Below, one piece after another: positions 37,460 to 49,185 of a stretch of DNA of 64,000 bases; position 1 is the stretch's first letter, and the number at the start of each line of letters is the position of its first letter. This DNA comes from Psammoneis japonica. Its lineage: Eukaryota. Under the pieces are notes generated by a model. The model searched no databases. It was not told where the DNA came from and saw only the letters and a program-made list of their open reading frames with translations. The stretch covers positions 679,681 to 743,680 of the forward strand of contig QPGO01000023.1 of the NCBI GenBank assembly GCA_008632985.1, in the 5' to 3' direction. The position numbers and the translations under genes are program-made.

Positions 37460-38830
37460 CTGCCTGGTGGCAAAGGAGGTTTGCAGCTGTCTTGGGATGG
37501 CATTGGAGGACTCCAGTGGGTCCCAGAGGATGCAACAACAACAATGGTTGGGAAGCAAAGGCCTTGTCTTGTGTCCACACAGCCCTTTGTCTCTCTGACA
37601 TGGCTGGGTTTCTTTGCCCAGCCACGCCACCTGCAAGAACAAGAAAACAATCTGTGCAACAGTGCAAGTGCTCTGTTGTCTTGGGGTGGCCTTGGAATGC
37701 TTGATCAGGTCCCAGAGAATGCAACAACAACAATGGCTGGGAAGCAAAGGCCTTGTCTTGTGTTGGTGCGGCACCTTGTCTCTCTGGCATGGCTGGGTTT
37801 TGGCCCAGCCAAGAACCGTCCTGCTGCAAGAAAGATGGGAGAACTGTCTGTGTGACAGTGCAAGCACTCCTTGTTGTCTTGGGACATTTGCAAGAGACTC
37901 CATTGGGTCCTCAAGGATGCAACAACAACAGTGGTTGTGAAGGAAAAGCCTTGTCTGGTTGTGAGTTTGGTTGCATGTCTTGGTGTCTCCAACTGGAGCA
38001 ACAAGCTTGCCGAGGGGTGCACAGCACATGAATGATTTTGGAAGCTGCAAGCCATGCTGTGGGCAGCAGCAGCAGCCCCTTGCATGATCCCTCCACACAA
38101 GAAAATGCCCATCTGCACAAGGTGCTGTGGGGAGGCATCAGCCAACCTGCAAAGAAAAGGGAACCATCTGTGTGATGGTGCAAGCACTGCATTGTCTTGG
38201 GATGGCTTTTGGCAGCTCAACTGGCAAGAAAGACAAGGGAGTCATCTGTGTGACAGTGCAAGCACTCCGTTGTCTCAGGATGGCTTTTGGTGGCTCAACC
38301 TGCAAGAAAGACAAGGGAGCCATCTGTGTGACAGTGCAAGCACTCAGTTGTCTGAGGACAGGCACAAGAGACTCTGTTGGGTCCAGGAGGAGGCAACAAC
38401 AATGGTGGTTGGGAAGGAAAAGCCTTTTGTCTTGGGCCAATGCAGCCCCTTTTCTTTCTGATGTGATCGGCTTGCTTTGGTGATGGAGCCACCACCCCAC
38501 CTGCAGAGGCAAGGGAGCTTTCTGCAGACAGCGCCAGTGCCCAGACGTCTTTTGCTGCCCCCCCCCCTTGGGTGACTCCATTGTGTCCCAGGAGAGCCAA
38601 CAACAACCTTGGTTGGGGAGCAAAGGCTTGTTTTGTGTCAACAATGTGGCCTCTTTTCTTTCTGATGACATGACTGGGGCCTTCTTTGGTCCAGCCAGCG
38701 CACCTGTGCAGATGCCATTGAGCCATCTGTGTGACAGCACAAGTGACCAGTTGTCTTGGGATGGCTGTGGGAGGAGACTCCATTGGGTGCCAGGGCATGC
38801 GCAACAACAATCATGGGAACTTTGTGCCAG
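37460..38830. repeat. Second ~180-bp repeat family; related copies also at ~34130-34810
   Basis: Recurrent GTGACAGTGCAAG...TTGTCTTGGG...CAACAACAATGG.TGGGAAGCAAAGGC; 34490-34790 matches 37470-37780 and 34381-34460 matches 38041-38120. Confidence 0.85.
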
Positions 38831-41800
38831 TGCATGAGATTGCAATGGCTGAAGGCAGAGTGGCACAGGCCTGTGTTTGCATGGTCGGCAGTGGCTTTGT
38901 CATTGTGAAGGCAGCAGCAGTGGTGGCAGTTGCTGGGTTTGGACCATCAGCCGGCACTGCAACAGCTCCAGCAGCAGAGCCTTGGTTTCTCTGAGGGCTC
39001 CTGCTGCTGAGCTTTTGTGGCTGAGATTGAGCTTGAGATTTGCCAGCTCAACCTGCACAGCAAGACTGTGAAAATTTGCATCTTAACAAGAACACATTGA
39101 CACAATGAAAGATGAGAAATTGACCAACTGCCGACACACATGTAAAACCTAAATGACTGGATGATTCATTGAGTCATTTCAAATCATTCAAACCTTCAAA
39201 ACGGAATGTGAGCATGGAATTTTAAAACAAAATTGTCACTTGAAAATGATGCTGACAGGAATCACCAGGCAGACAGGCTCAACATTGCTGCAAAAACATG
39301 AGCCATCATTTCCTCACAAGACACAAAACACAAGGCCCATCAAACATCATGACAATGACACAAGCAGCAAGGGAAGACAACAGAAGAGCACCAGGGGGAG
39401 GAGGACAATGTGGAACACAAGGCAAGAGAGAGGCAGGAACTGAGTCTGTGAGTGCACAGAGTTTGGGCAACAATGCAAACAACTGATGCTTTGGCCAATC
39501 TTTCAACTCAGACATGATGTTGATGACATGCAAAGGGAGATGGAAGGGAAGACAGCCCTGCAGGGGCCACACAAAGGTGAGCAAAGCACATTCAAAACAA
39601 TGCAAATGCAATGCTCTCATCTGTTGCGTGCTCTTTTCTCTTCTTTGCAGGCAATGCTTTGGCAAACTGGTTCGAAACACAAAAGAGACATGGTCGTGCG
39701 CAAAGGTGAGCAGAAGCACTGTTTTTGTCAAGACAAGCCCACTCAAAAATAAAACATGTGCAATGCTCTGATCTGTTGCAAGCTCTTTTCTCTTCTTTGC
39801 AGGTGAAGCTTTGGCAATCTGGCATGCCAAGCAAAAGAAACAAGGTCACGACATGGAATGAACGATGGGATTTTGTGCATGGCAAGTGAGAGCGGATGCA
39901 AGGGTCAGCAAAATGAGCGAAGCATCATGCCATCACTGCGGCACAGGAGAACCGGCAGGAGACAGGAAAAAGCCAAGGAGAGAAGAGCAGGAAACAGGAA
40001 GCAAAAATGCGTTCACTGCAGAAATGACAAAACACAGCTGGCACAATCACATTGCAAGAAACACACAGCCAATGTACGAGCATCTTAATGCAACAAATGA
40101 ATGTTGCAGTTGTCAGAAATGAACAATGTTGCAAAGCAGTCACAATTGCACCCTTGTTGAGAAGTTTCATTGACAACTGTTTCCCACTTAAAAGGTCGCA
40201 TTAATTGTGAACGTGAACTGAATAATTTTGAAATCATTGTGGTCGTCATCTTGTCAAGATTGAATGAAGAATTAGAGTCATTTTCATCAAGTGTTAAATC
40301 CCACTTGGCATGTTGAAACAATTGTTAAAATCGATTTGTGCACAATTGATGAGCACTTGTCAAGAACACAGGATTCTCAACAAGAGCAAAACGAGCTCTG
40401 AACAAGAGCCATGACATTTTCCAGATGCATCTTGTTCGCCAGTGCAGGTGATGTGCGCACCTGTGCCCAGCTGCACACTGTGCACAGCACTCCTTTGTCT
40501 CTCAAATTTGATTGCAACTGCCTTGAAAGCCTCATGATCAAGGTCAAATGGAGCAGATGGTGAGACCCATGAAGGTGCATGCAGTGCATTCTGAGCTGAG
40601 TTCAGAGTGGCAACACCACCACGCTCCTCCCCAAAATCAGAGCAGTCCAAAGCAAATGGTTCCAAAGGTTGCTCACTGATTTCCTCTGCCCTCCCGCGGT
40701 CTTGATCCCACCCTGGATCATCATGTGCAGGAAACATGTCATTGTCTGGGAGAGCATTGGTGTCAGCAGACGTCAAAGAAAGTGATGGTTGGATGTCTGC
40801 AAGAGTTTACATGGAGAAAGAGGTTTCTGAGGGGGGGGGGGGGGGGGCGACAGAGTGGGTGGCCCCTCTTTTGGTGTCACGTTGCCATCATTTGTGTTGT
40901 CTTGGTCAGAGGTGAAAGGAAGGACTGCATTGGAGATCTGAAGCTGGCTGCTGCAGCCTGGCTGAAACTCCAGTGCACTTTTCACAAAATGGAAGAGCAA
41001 GTCCATGCTGTCCTGTGGGCAAGGTTCCTCAGTTGCCATGAAAGGAAGAGGTGCGCTGCACTGCTCAGCACTTCAGGAACTGACAAAAGCAGATGTGAAA
41101 GCCATTGACACACAGATTGCTTTGCAACACTGGGCAGTCATCAAAAAGATGATCGCTGGTGCAGACCACATGGATGTTTCACACAGCCTCATTTGGAGAC
41201 ACGTTGACATTTAGCGCCAAAGCCAAACAGGCGTGGTGCAAGATGGGCCTCATCTGTGTGTGTCCATTGAGAGCGGGGCTTGATGCGGTGTCAAGTGAGT
41301 CCAGGTTGGCATCAAGTGGGTCTTTTTCTTTGTGTTCCAAGAATCAACCCTGCGTTGCAGCAACTGCAGGGACTTTGGCGTCATTTGCACTGGTGGTGAC
41401 AGGGGGCTTGCCAGGGCAGTTGTTGGTGGCACCCAAAATGCAAGGGAGCCATCTGACTGGCTGAGAGATGCAGCAAATGTTTCCACTGTCTGTTTCTTCT
41501 TGGTGTGCTTGCACACGCATGCTGGGGAGTCTTGGTCATTGTGTGCAACATGAGCCAAGAACTTGGAAGAATGCTCGGCACTCTTGAGGAAAGGGATCAT
41601 CTCCAAGTGGTCACCCAAAAGAGGCAGGAGTCAGCATCAAAAATGTGTGCGTGGAGTTGCAAAAAATCCTTGAACACAATGAAGCAGCTCACAACAGAAC
41701 CCATCACAAAACACTGGATGCCCCTGAAAAAGGTTTGTGTCAAAGCATTCTTGCAGCCATTGCCACAGCAGGAGGCAACAATCCAATGCCACCAGTGGCT

Positions 41801-41999
41801 GTTCTTGGGAAACTGTCAGCATGGGACAACAGCTTGTGCAGCACATGTGATGTTCCAAGCAACTCACACGCACCTGATGTGGTGGATTGTCAAGGTGGCA
41901 GTTTCCAAAGCAGGCAAAGCCCCAGTCTCCTCAAAAAGAAGCCATCACAAAAGATCTGCTGTGCGTGCTGGCACCAAGATTTTTCTGCATGCTTTCACA

Positions 42000-42440
42000 A
42001 AGAGCTTTGCCAGCTGTTTTCCATTTTTCACAGAAACTTTGGTGTCAAGATGCACTGAACAACAAAAACAAGTGGGGCAAGATGCAGCACTGAAAGAGTG
42101 AAGAAAGTGAGACATGATGTCAGGAGAGTGGTGATTTTTGCATCACAATTTTGAGGGGCACAAAGGAAGGCAGGGCTGCCAATGGCTGCAAGAAACATCA
42201 TGCCAAAAGCTTTGAATTTGAAGGGCTTGGGGTGTTGGCATTCACACAGCAAATGACCAACTGAGGAGCTGCTCAATTTTTGAGAGATGACAGGGCGGGT
42301 GTGCACATGCATTTTCACATGATGCATGCAGCAGCAGCACAAGAGCCTCTTGAGTTGTTTCATGCTCAGCTTGTCCTGCCCACTGACCCAGCTTGCACTT
42401 TGATGCGCATCAACAGTCACAACATCAAGCTGTCAAACAG
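42000..42440. repeat. Dispersed repeat, diverged copy of ~18830-19290
   Basis: Same shared blocks as the partner copy. Confidence 0.8.
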
Positions 42441-43949
42441 CGTGCACATCAAGGTGCAATCTTCAAGCAACATGTGCTTTTTGGCATTTTGATGACATGC
42501 CAGCAGCATGACATTGGCAAATTCAGAAGCCTCACACCAAGTTGCTTTTGGCTTCTTCTGAACAAAAAGTTTGCATTGTCAGGAGTGGCGATGCAAGGCT
42601 TTTGCTTGTCCTCAGTTCAACTGTGCCAAACATCCAGTGCACACTTGTGGCACTCCAAGCCTCAAACAGAAAACCAGCACACACATGCTTGGGTGGAGAT
42701 GAAGCTTGTGGACACAACAGCTTGCTGCTCAGATGCTGGAAGTTGCAAGAGGGTCCTGGATGAGCCACAAGGATGCACAGATCCATTGGTCCAAGAAACA
42801 AACCACAACCCAGTCAGTTGATTGTTTCCCTGTCACATTGAAAGGGTTGGACCCAACAAGATCTTTGTTTGACATCTTGTTGGCTCCAAATGCCATGTTG
42901 GCAAGAATCTGCACCTCAGTGAACACACACACATTTGTCAAACTTTCCAAGTGTTCCTCCATTTCCAAAAAGTGCAACAGTGGCCCTCACTGCTCTCAAT
43001 GATGCAGCAAAATGCTTTGTCAGACCACTTGCTTTTCAATGTTGTGCAGAACATGCAAGACCTTCCTGCCATCTGACAGTCTGTTGGCGAAACACACTCT
43101 GGCAACTTCAGCTTCTTTTCCAGTTTGTCGTCAGACTTTCATCTCAATTGTTGTGCTTCTTGCCACCATTGCCAGGATCATTGTCACTCAGATTTGATTC
43201 ATTGTCTCTCATTGCCCACTGCAGCTGCCTCCAATCTGTCAATTTCTGTGTCACTTTCTCCATTTTCATCAAGACAAGAATCCACATTGCCAGCATCAGG
43301 ATTTTCTCCAAGCCATTGAGCCCTTCATCATGGTCCCAACCCACCTCAAACTCAACAGCACCACAGCGCAATTGCCACCTGTTGCAGCAGCTGCTGCTGT
43401 CATTGTCAGAGAAGCAACTTTTCTGCAAATTGTGTGGCAACACCCCATCATGCATGCTTCTGAGTCAAACTCAAAGGCAATTTGCACAAATGCAGCTTTT
43501 CATTTCCACCTGATGCAGAAGCTTGGCTGGCCAAGGCTGTGCAGGCAATCTTGCCCAGGCACCCCGGCTCCCTTGAAAGAGCTTGCAGCCAAAGACATTT
43601 CAATGACAAAAGGAGCAACACACGCATTGATGCCATTTTTTGTGACACAAAATGTTGTCAACAAGATGCTCTTGGACAAACCAGCTTTTTTATTTGCCTC
43701 TCTTTTCCCTTTTGTCCCACCACAAGTTTGTTGTGTGCTCATGGTGTCAGCGCTGTGGCATTTTGAAATGCAACAGACTGTTCTCAAAAGCAAAAACAGA
43801 GAGCAATTTGAATGAAGCCAACATTTGACAGCCCTGCTGAGCCATGTTAGAGAAAAATTGGTCCAACTGCCCAGGTGGAAAAATTGAGTGTTGTGGAAAT
43901 TACAAGGCCAGTTTGTGTGCACACACAAGCACAACAGGGGCATGTGGAG

Positions 43950-44690
43950 CTTGAGACCCTTCGCACTGATGTGGTCATGTGTTTGCACATGAGGGCCAGT
44001 CACTCAGGTTACAACTCATCTGTGTGAAAGCCCCACAGCCTGCTGCAGGTCTCATGCTGTGGCTCATGCTGCTTCAGCACAGTGTGCTGATGCATGATCA
44101 TCAGCGCCACCTCCACATGCCAGCCTGCAGATGCATGAAAGCAGCCTCACTGCATCATCATGCCCAGGGGGTTCCCCCCACTGCAATTTCAAACACTTCT
44201 GGCACAAGCAGGAGTCAAAGATGTTCAAACAACTGCAAGAAATCATCAAGCTGCATCAAACTGCTGTGCCAACATTGTTCAAAGTGCAACTCAAGGACAC
44301 CCTCATGGTGTGGTGAAAGCTCAACAGATTGTTGACAACGCCCCAGCTGCAGCCGCACACAGCCTGCACTGTGTGAAGTGTTTCCAGAGTTTTGGGGATG
44401 TCACCCAGAGCTTTGATGTGCCAGACATGCTTTGTGATCTGCCACTTGTTGGAAACATGGCTTCCATTTGAGATCATTTCAGGTCTTGACTGACAGCTGT
44501 TTGTGTGTTGGCAGAATCTCAAAAGACACCTCTTTGATTTTGTTGAGCCAGGCAACAAGTTTTGATTGAGAGCAATGACCCTGGCAAGTTGGACACAAGA
44601 TTTTTTGGTCCATTTTCTGTCACAAAAGTTCATGCAAATGGAGACATTGTGCTGCAAAAAAGAACACACCTCTCGCGCATTTGGGCAAGT
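43950..44690 (+). mobile_element. Decayed Ty3/gypsy integrase fragment
   Basis: FQTLLAQAGVKDVQTTARNHQA...IVDNAPAAAAHSLHC...DMLCDLPL...NDPGKLDTRFFGPFSVTKVHANG matches the gypsy integrase core and GPF/Y module. Confidence 0.8.
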
Positions 44691-45813
44691 TGACACTCTG
44701 CCACGGTGGCAGAGATTGACAGATTCAGCACTCAGCTGAGTTGTGCAAAAGTCAAGAAAAGTGAAGTGAACTTCTGCATCATTGCTGCATCATTGGTTGT
44801 GTTGCCAAATGAAGATTTGGGCTGCTCAAATGACCAGGGCACTGCCCCCCCCTCCGCCCCCCCTCTGCCGTCACACTGCAACTCACACCTCGGACTCCAA
44901 ACATTTTTTCTGCATGATTTCTGCACAGCCTGCCTGCACAGCTTGCAGCAATGGTGGCGCAGCAACTTTGAAGATGCAAGCTCTCTCTGACCTCTGAGAA
45001 CGCCGTTTCTGTCAGATGCGCTGCATCTCGCCCTCCCCCGTGCTGGTGCTTTTGGCGAGCACAAATTCTCAGAGTGCAGCGCCATTGAGTTTGGTGTGTT
45101 CACCACACATGGGCCCATCTCTTTCCCATGGCAGCAGCCCCATTTCTTGTCTTATAAAACTCAGTTCCAACAGCTTCAAACCAATGTGAAAAACACCGCA
45201 CACAGACCTCCAATGTGGGAGCGCGGTGAATAAAATGTGGAGTTTTGGTCTGACATCATCACTGTAACCATCACAGACTCATGTCTGTGACAGAAATCCG
45301 AACACTGCTGGAGACATCGAACGACGTGTTCGCTTCGTTCGTGACTTCTTCTCATTAAGACCGTTGAGCGGTGTCAGTCATGGTCATCAATCGCGTCTTT
45401 CATTAAATGCTGTAAAGTACCGTAGGCCCCGTACGACGTTCTACTGACACACGGACATCTTCTTAGATCCGCGATCTTAGTCCCGCGTCGATGCTGGTTC
45501 CTGATCTTCCTTTGGTCGTCAGCTAAATAAAATATTATGATACATACATGATTGAATGATGAACATTTGACACCCGGTCATTCTCAAACGTCAATTTCAC
45601 GTAGAAATCTACGATAATTCAATGGTGACTTTCGTTGCAGAGACATTGACGAAGATCGAAACGAGAATCGATTGACCATTTGTTACGAGCAACACACAAA
45701 AATTAAAAAAAAAATCCTCCCAGCCCTTGGTGCTAAATACTCTTTTCAAACCTTCTCTTTTCTTACTTCAAAGTTTCTGCGACCTACGAACTTCTACTTT
45801 ACAAACAAATATA

Positions 45814-48357
45814 ATGGGTGTTGTTAACGAGCAGAAAGGACGCATTGTTGCTGTTTTGCTTGGAGCGACGTTGTTGATGCCTTTTGCCATCGTTTCTCAC
45901 CGCCTCTGTTCTGGTACCGGTATTGTAAACCCCGAGCTGATACGGGACCCTTCTCCGACTAGCCACCGCAATCTCATGAGTGCAGGAGGCTGGATCCAAC
46001 TTGGGGAAAGCATCAAAGGTGATGAAGGCGGTCAGGAAGGCGATATTCTTGGTGGCCAAGTTTTGCTGTCATCTGACGGAAATCGTCTTGCGGTTTGGAC
46101 GGTAAATACCCGTTTCTTCGAGCGAGGCGGTAGGTATACGTTGCTCGACTGGAACGAATCCACGGAAACTTGGGAACAGGTGTTTAATGTGTCTGGTACA
46201 TACTTGTCCATGTCTGGGGACGGGTCGCGCATCATTGTAGGATACCCTGAGTATGACTTTCCAAGAGAGGACGGAGATGATGATGAATACGATGACTACC
46301 TCGATGAGGAATATTTCGATGATGATTACGTTTATGACGATTATCATTATCTGTCATACGATGATGATGACGATTACGACGGCGAATATTATGAAGAAGA
46401 ACTGGAAGAGGAATATGGATACGAAGAGGAATTACGAAATGAACGATATGATGATGGTGGTGAGCTGCCATACGATGATGATTACGAATACCTCGACGAG
46501 GAATATCTCGATGAGGAATATCTCGATGATGATTACGTTGATGACGATTATCTGTCTTACGATGATGATGACGATTACGACGGCGAATATTATGAAGAAG
46601 AACTGGAAGAGGAATATGGATACGAAGAGGAATTACGAAATGAACGATATGATGATGGTGGTGAGCTGCCATACGATGATGATTACGAATACCTCGACGA
46701 GGAATATCTCGATGAGGAATATCTCGATGATTGTTACGTTGATGACGATTATCTGTCATACGATGATGATGACGATTACGACGGCGAATATTATGAAGCG
46801 TACGAGGAAGAACTGGAAGAGGAATATGGATACGAAGAGGAATTACGACATGAACGATATGATGACGTCGACTACGAGTATGATGGTGATGAATACGAGC
46901 CGTACGATGATGATGATAACCCGTACAAGGAACTGGAAGAAGCATATGAGGAACTGGAACAGGAATACGAAGAACGAAGTGAAAAGGTGAACGAGCTAGA
47001 AGAGCAATTTCGAAATGAACGATACGAGCATAGGGATTCTGGCTATCTGACCATTTATGATTGGGACGGAACCACATATAAAAGTATGGCAACCATTACC
47101 GGTACCTTTGCATACCAGCAAATGGGGTTCGCGGCGCAAATTTCTGATGATGGGAAACGTTTCATCACCGTCGTGTATGACAACGGCGATGCTAAGGTTG
47201 AAGTTTACGATTTGATTGGAGGTTCCTGGGAGTTGACTTCTAGAATCGACGTTTCTTCTCGAAACGTACATTTGTCTCGAGACGGAAAACGCATCGCTGT
47301 GACAGCCGAGCCGGGATTAGCATTCTTCCCTGACACATCATCATCAGAAGTACATATTTACAAAGAAACTGGGTCTTCTTGGAGTCAGGTTGGACCCAAG
47401 CTCGACGGACTCTTTTTGGCAATGTCATCCAAAGGCGATCACATTGTAACTGGCACAATCACTTTCCCCTCTGGATCGGTTTTCATCCGATCGTTCCGTT
47501 TGGTTGGTGCATTTTGGGAACAATCCGGAGAAATTGTGATTGGTGCGAGCGATATTTCTTCTCATTTCGGTGTTGACGCAGCCGTGTCTAGCGACGGTCG
47601 GCGTTTAGTGCTTGGGTTTTCTGGAAGACTTGGACCCAGCAGAATTTTAGGAAAAGCCCGAATGTACGACTTTGATGGCTCCTTGTGGATTCAAAGAGGA
47701 GATGACATCACTTCCGACATTGTAGACGCGTTTGCTAGCAGAGTCTCAATCGCAGGAGATGGGGAGCTTGTTGCAATCGGTGAACCGTTCTACGACGCTG
47801 GTAACGGTCTTCTTAGGAATAGTGGACGCGTTACAGTTTTTCAGTTTCAAAGCAAAGCAAATGACGGACCGTTTCCCGATAACTTCCAGGAGGTTACGTG
47901 TGCTTACACGTCGTGCCTTGATAGCCTGATATCAACCTACGGCACGCGCACAAACTTTGGTGATGGTCAAGATGCATACGATGTGTCTCGGCTCAAGGTG
48001 GTAGGCACTCAGAGCACAATGAAAAAAGGTAAAGTGGCTGCGTCCCTCCGATTTCTCAGGTCTGCATTGAAATGGACTGAGATTCTCGGTGATACCGCCC
48101 CTAGCTTTTCCAAGACCATTGGCAAACAAGCAAGCGCGTGCGCCGTTGAATTGGTTGAGAACTTCATCGGTGCATACGAGAACACGGACATTCTCGACAA
48201 GTCATTCCTTGAAGACGTCATTAAGCCAAAGCTTGCGGCAGCCAAGGCTGAGAGAGCTTCCAAGAAGTGGAAGGAGAGTGTCATCAATAGCAATGTCGCG
48301 GTGTGGAAGATCATGAACGAATTGGACGAAAAGTTCGTTCCGCTTTGCGAGGGTTAG
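45814..48357 (+). CDS. Secreted/anchored FG-GAP-like beta-propeller protein with a long Asp/Glu/Tyr-rich insert
   Basis: N-terminal hydrophobic segment; blades LSSDGNRLAV, MSGDGSRIIVG, ISDDGKRF, LSRDGKRIAV, VSSDGRRLVLG, IAGDGELVAIGEP; start taken at ATG 45814. Confidence 0.85.
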   Translation: MGVVNEQKGRIVAVLLGATLLMPFAIVSHRLCSGTGIVNPELIRDPSPTSHRNLMSAGGWIQLGESIKGDEGGQEGDILGGQVLLSSDGNRLAVWTVNTRFFERGGRYTLLDWNESTETWEQVFNVSGTYLSMSGDGSRIIVGYPEYDFPREDGDDDEYDDYLDEEYFDDDYVYDDYHYLSYDDDDDYDGEYYEEELEEEYGYEEELRNERYDDGGELPYDDDYEYLDEEYLDEEYLDDDYVDDDYLSYDDDDDYDGEYYEEELEEEYGYEEELRNERYDDGGELPYDDDYEYLDEEYLDEEYLDDCYVDDDYLSYDDDDDYDGEYYEAYEEELEEEYGYEEELRHERYDDVDYEYDGDEYEPYDDDDNPYKELEEAYEELEQEYEERSEKVNELEEQFRNERYEHRDSGYLTIYDWDGTTYKSMATITGTFAYQQMGFAAQISDDGKRFITVVYDNGDAKVEVYDLIGGSWELTSRIDVSSRNVHLSRDGKRIAVTAEPGLAFFPDTSSSEVHIYKETGSSWSQVGPKLDGLFLAMSSKGDHIVTGTITFPSGSVFIRSFRLVGAFWEQSGEIVIGASDISSHFGVDAAVSSDGRRLVLGFSGRLGPSRILGKARMYDFDGSLWIQRGDDITSDIVDAFASRVSIAGDGELVAIGEPFYDAGNGLLRNSGRVTVFQFQSKANDGPFPDNFQEVTCAYTSCLDSLISTYGTRTNFGDGQDAYDVSRLKVVGTQSTMKKGKVAASLRFLRSALKWTEILGDTAPSFSKTIGKQASACAVELVENFIGAYENTDILDKSFLEDVIKPKLAAAKAERASKKWKESVINSNVAVWKIMNELDEKFVPLCEG
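46290..46870 (+). repeat. Coding tandem repeat, about 3 x 201 bp (67 aa)
   Basis: GAACGATATGATGA at 46441, 46642 and 46852; near-identical units. Confidence 0.9.
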
Positions 48358-48550
48358 GTATATCCTACTGCATCAGTCTATCCGTCAATTCTTTCTTACA
48401 ATATACATTGGCCGCCAACCTGGCAAGCGATAGAGAGGTGACGTCCTGCTCCAATCCGGATGGCTGTAGATACAATGACAGAGTACATAATCGTGTTAGT
48501 CAAACCTGTTAAGTACGAAACATCAATCCGACTTACATGTAACTTGCCTC

Positions 48551-49185
48551 TCATAATTTCGTCAACGTTGTTGACAAGACAACAACAAGCGCGAGGATAC
48601 AGATGGACCAAACTGCAATAAGATACCGCTGAATGACAAGAACCTGGCCCTAAAAACACCGCAAGAAGCAGAGCTTCACCATGTCCCATTGGGAAATACC
48701 ACAGGCTCGTAAGGGCATTCGATTCAAGGCATTTGCCACGTGTGAATGGCAATTGTCACAGCATATATTGTGCATTCTTCCTCTATAAGCTCCATTGGCT
48801 TCTTCAATTGCTCCATCCCAACGTTCAGCCCCTCCTGGAGTGAGGAGAATAATCCGGAAAGTGAGCTCAGAAATCCTGTCGAATCGTACGTACGTGCGCA
48901 GATTCATGATCAGAAAGTGAAAGAGTCAAATATCACACTCACAAGACAAACCCCCAACATCCATTTTGAGAGCACGTGTTGGTTTACCAAACGCCATACG
49001 ACCAGAATCCCCAACGGTATAAGGGCCTTGTAAGTCGGACGCCACACCTCGAGAATCTGGAATCTGCAAATTCCCATGTGCCCGACAAAGGGCAAGATCC
49101 ATGTGATTGGTGGCAGGGGCGACCACAGAATTGTAAAGCTCAAATCGTCTACGGCATTGTCGTTGCTGACTCGGTTGAGTTCCAT
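48551..49185 (-). CDS. TMEM222: TMEM222/RTE1-like (DUF778) protein; one probable intron and apparent indels
   Basis: ILWSPLPPITWILPFVGHMGIC, GPYTV...MAFGKPTR, HNICCDNCHSHVANALN, WDMVKL spread over several frames. Confidence 0.8.

Larger units (their letters stand above)
17750..45300. other. Repeat island depleted of CpG and TpA and enriched in TpG/CpA (interrupted by normal DNA at ~20250-21900)
   Basis: TA is rare by eye; ORFs are almost Tyr-free and rich in Cys/His (no Tyr in the 463-aa ORF 22256-23647 or the 438-aa ORF 21915-23231); composition returns abruptly to normal at both ends. Confidence 0.88.

Noticed and set aside
17794..45118. Many 60-460 aa ORFs in the island as real genes
   Set aside because: Overlapping in all frames, Tyr-free, and explained by stop-codon loss in decayed repeats; only GT31 is accepted.
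17750..45300. Classical fungal RIP, or ordinary CpG decay alone
   Set aside because: RIP raises TpA and AT content and CpG decay does not remove TpA; here TpA is lost.
44700..45304. 3' LTR of the gypsy fragment
   Set aside because: Position is plausible, but no matching second LTR, clear polypurine tract or terminal inverted repeat was found.
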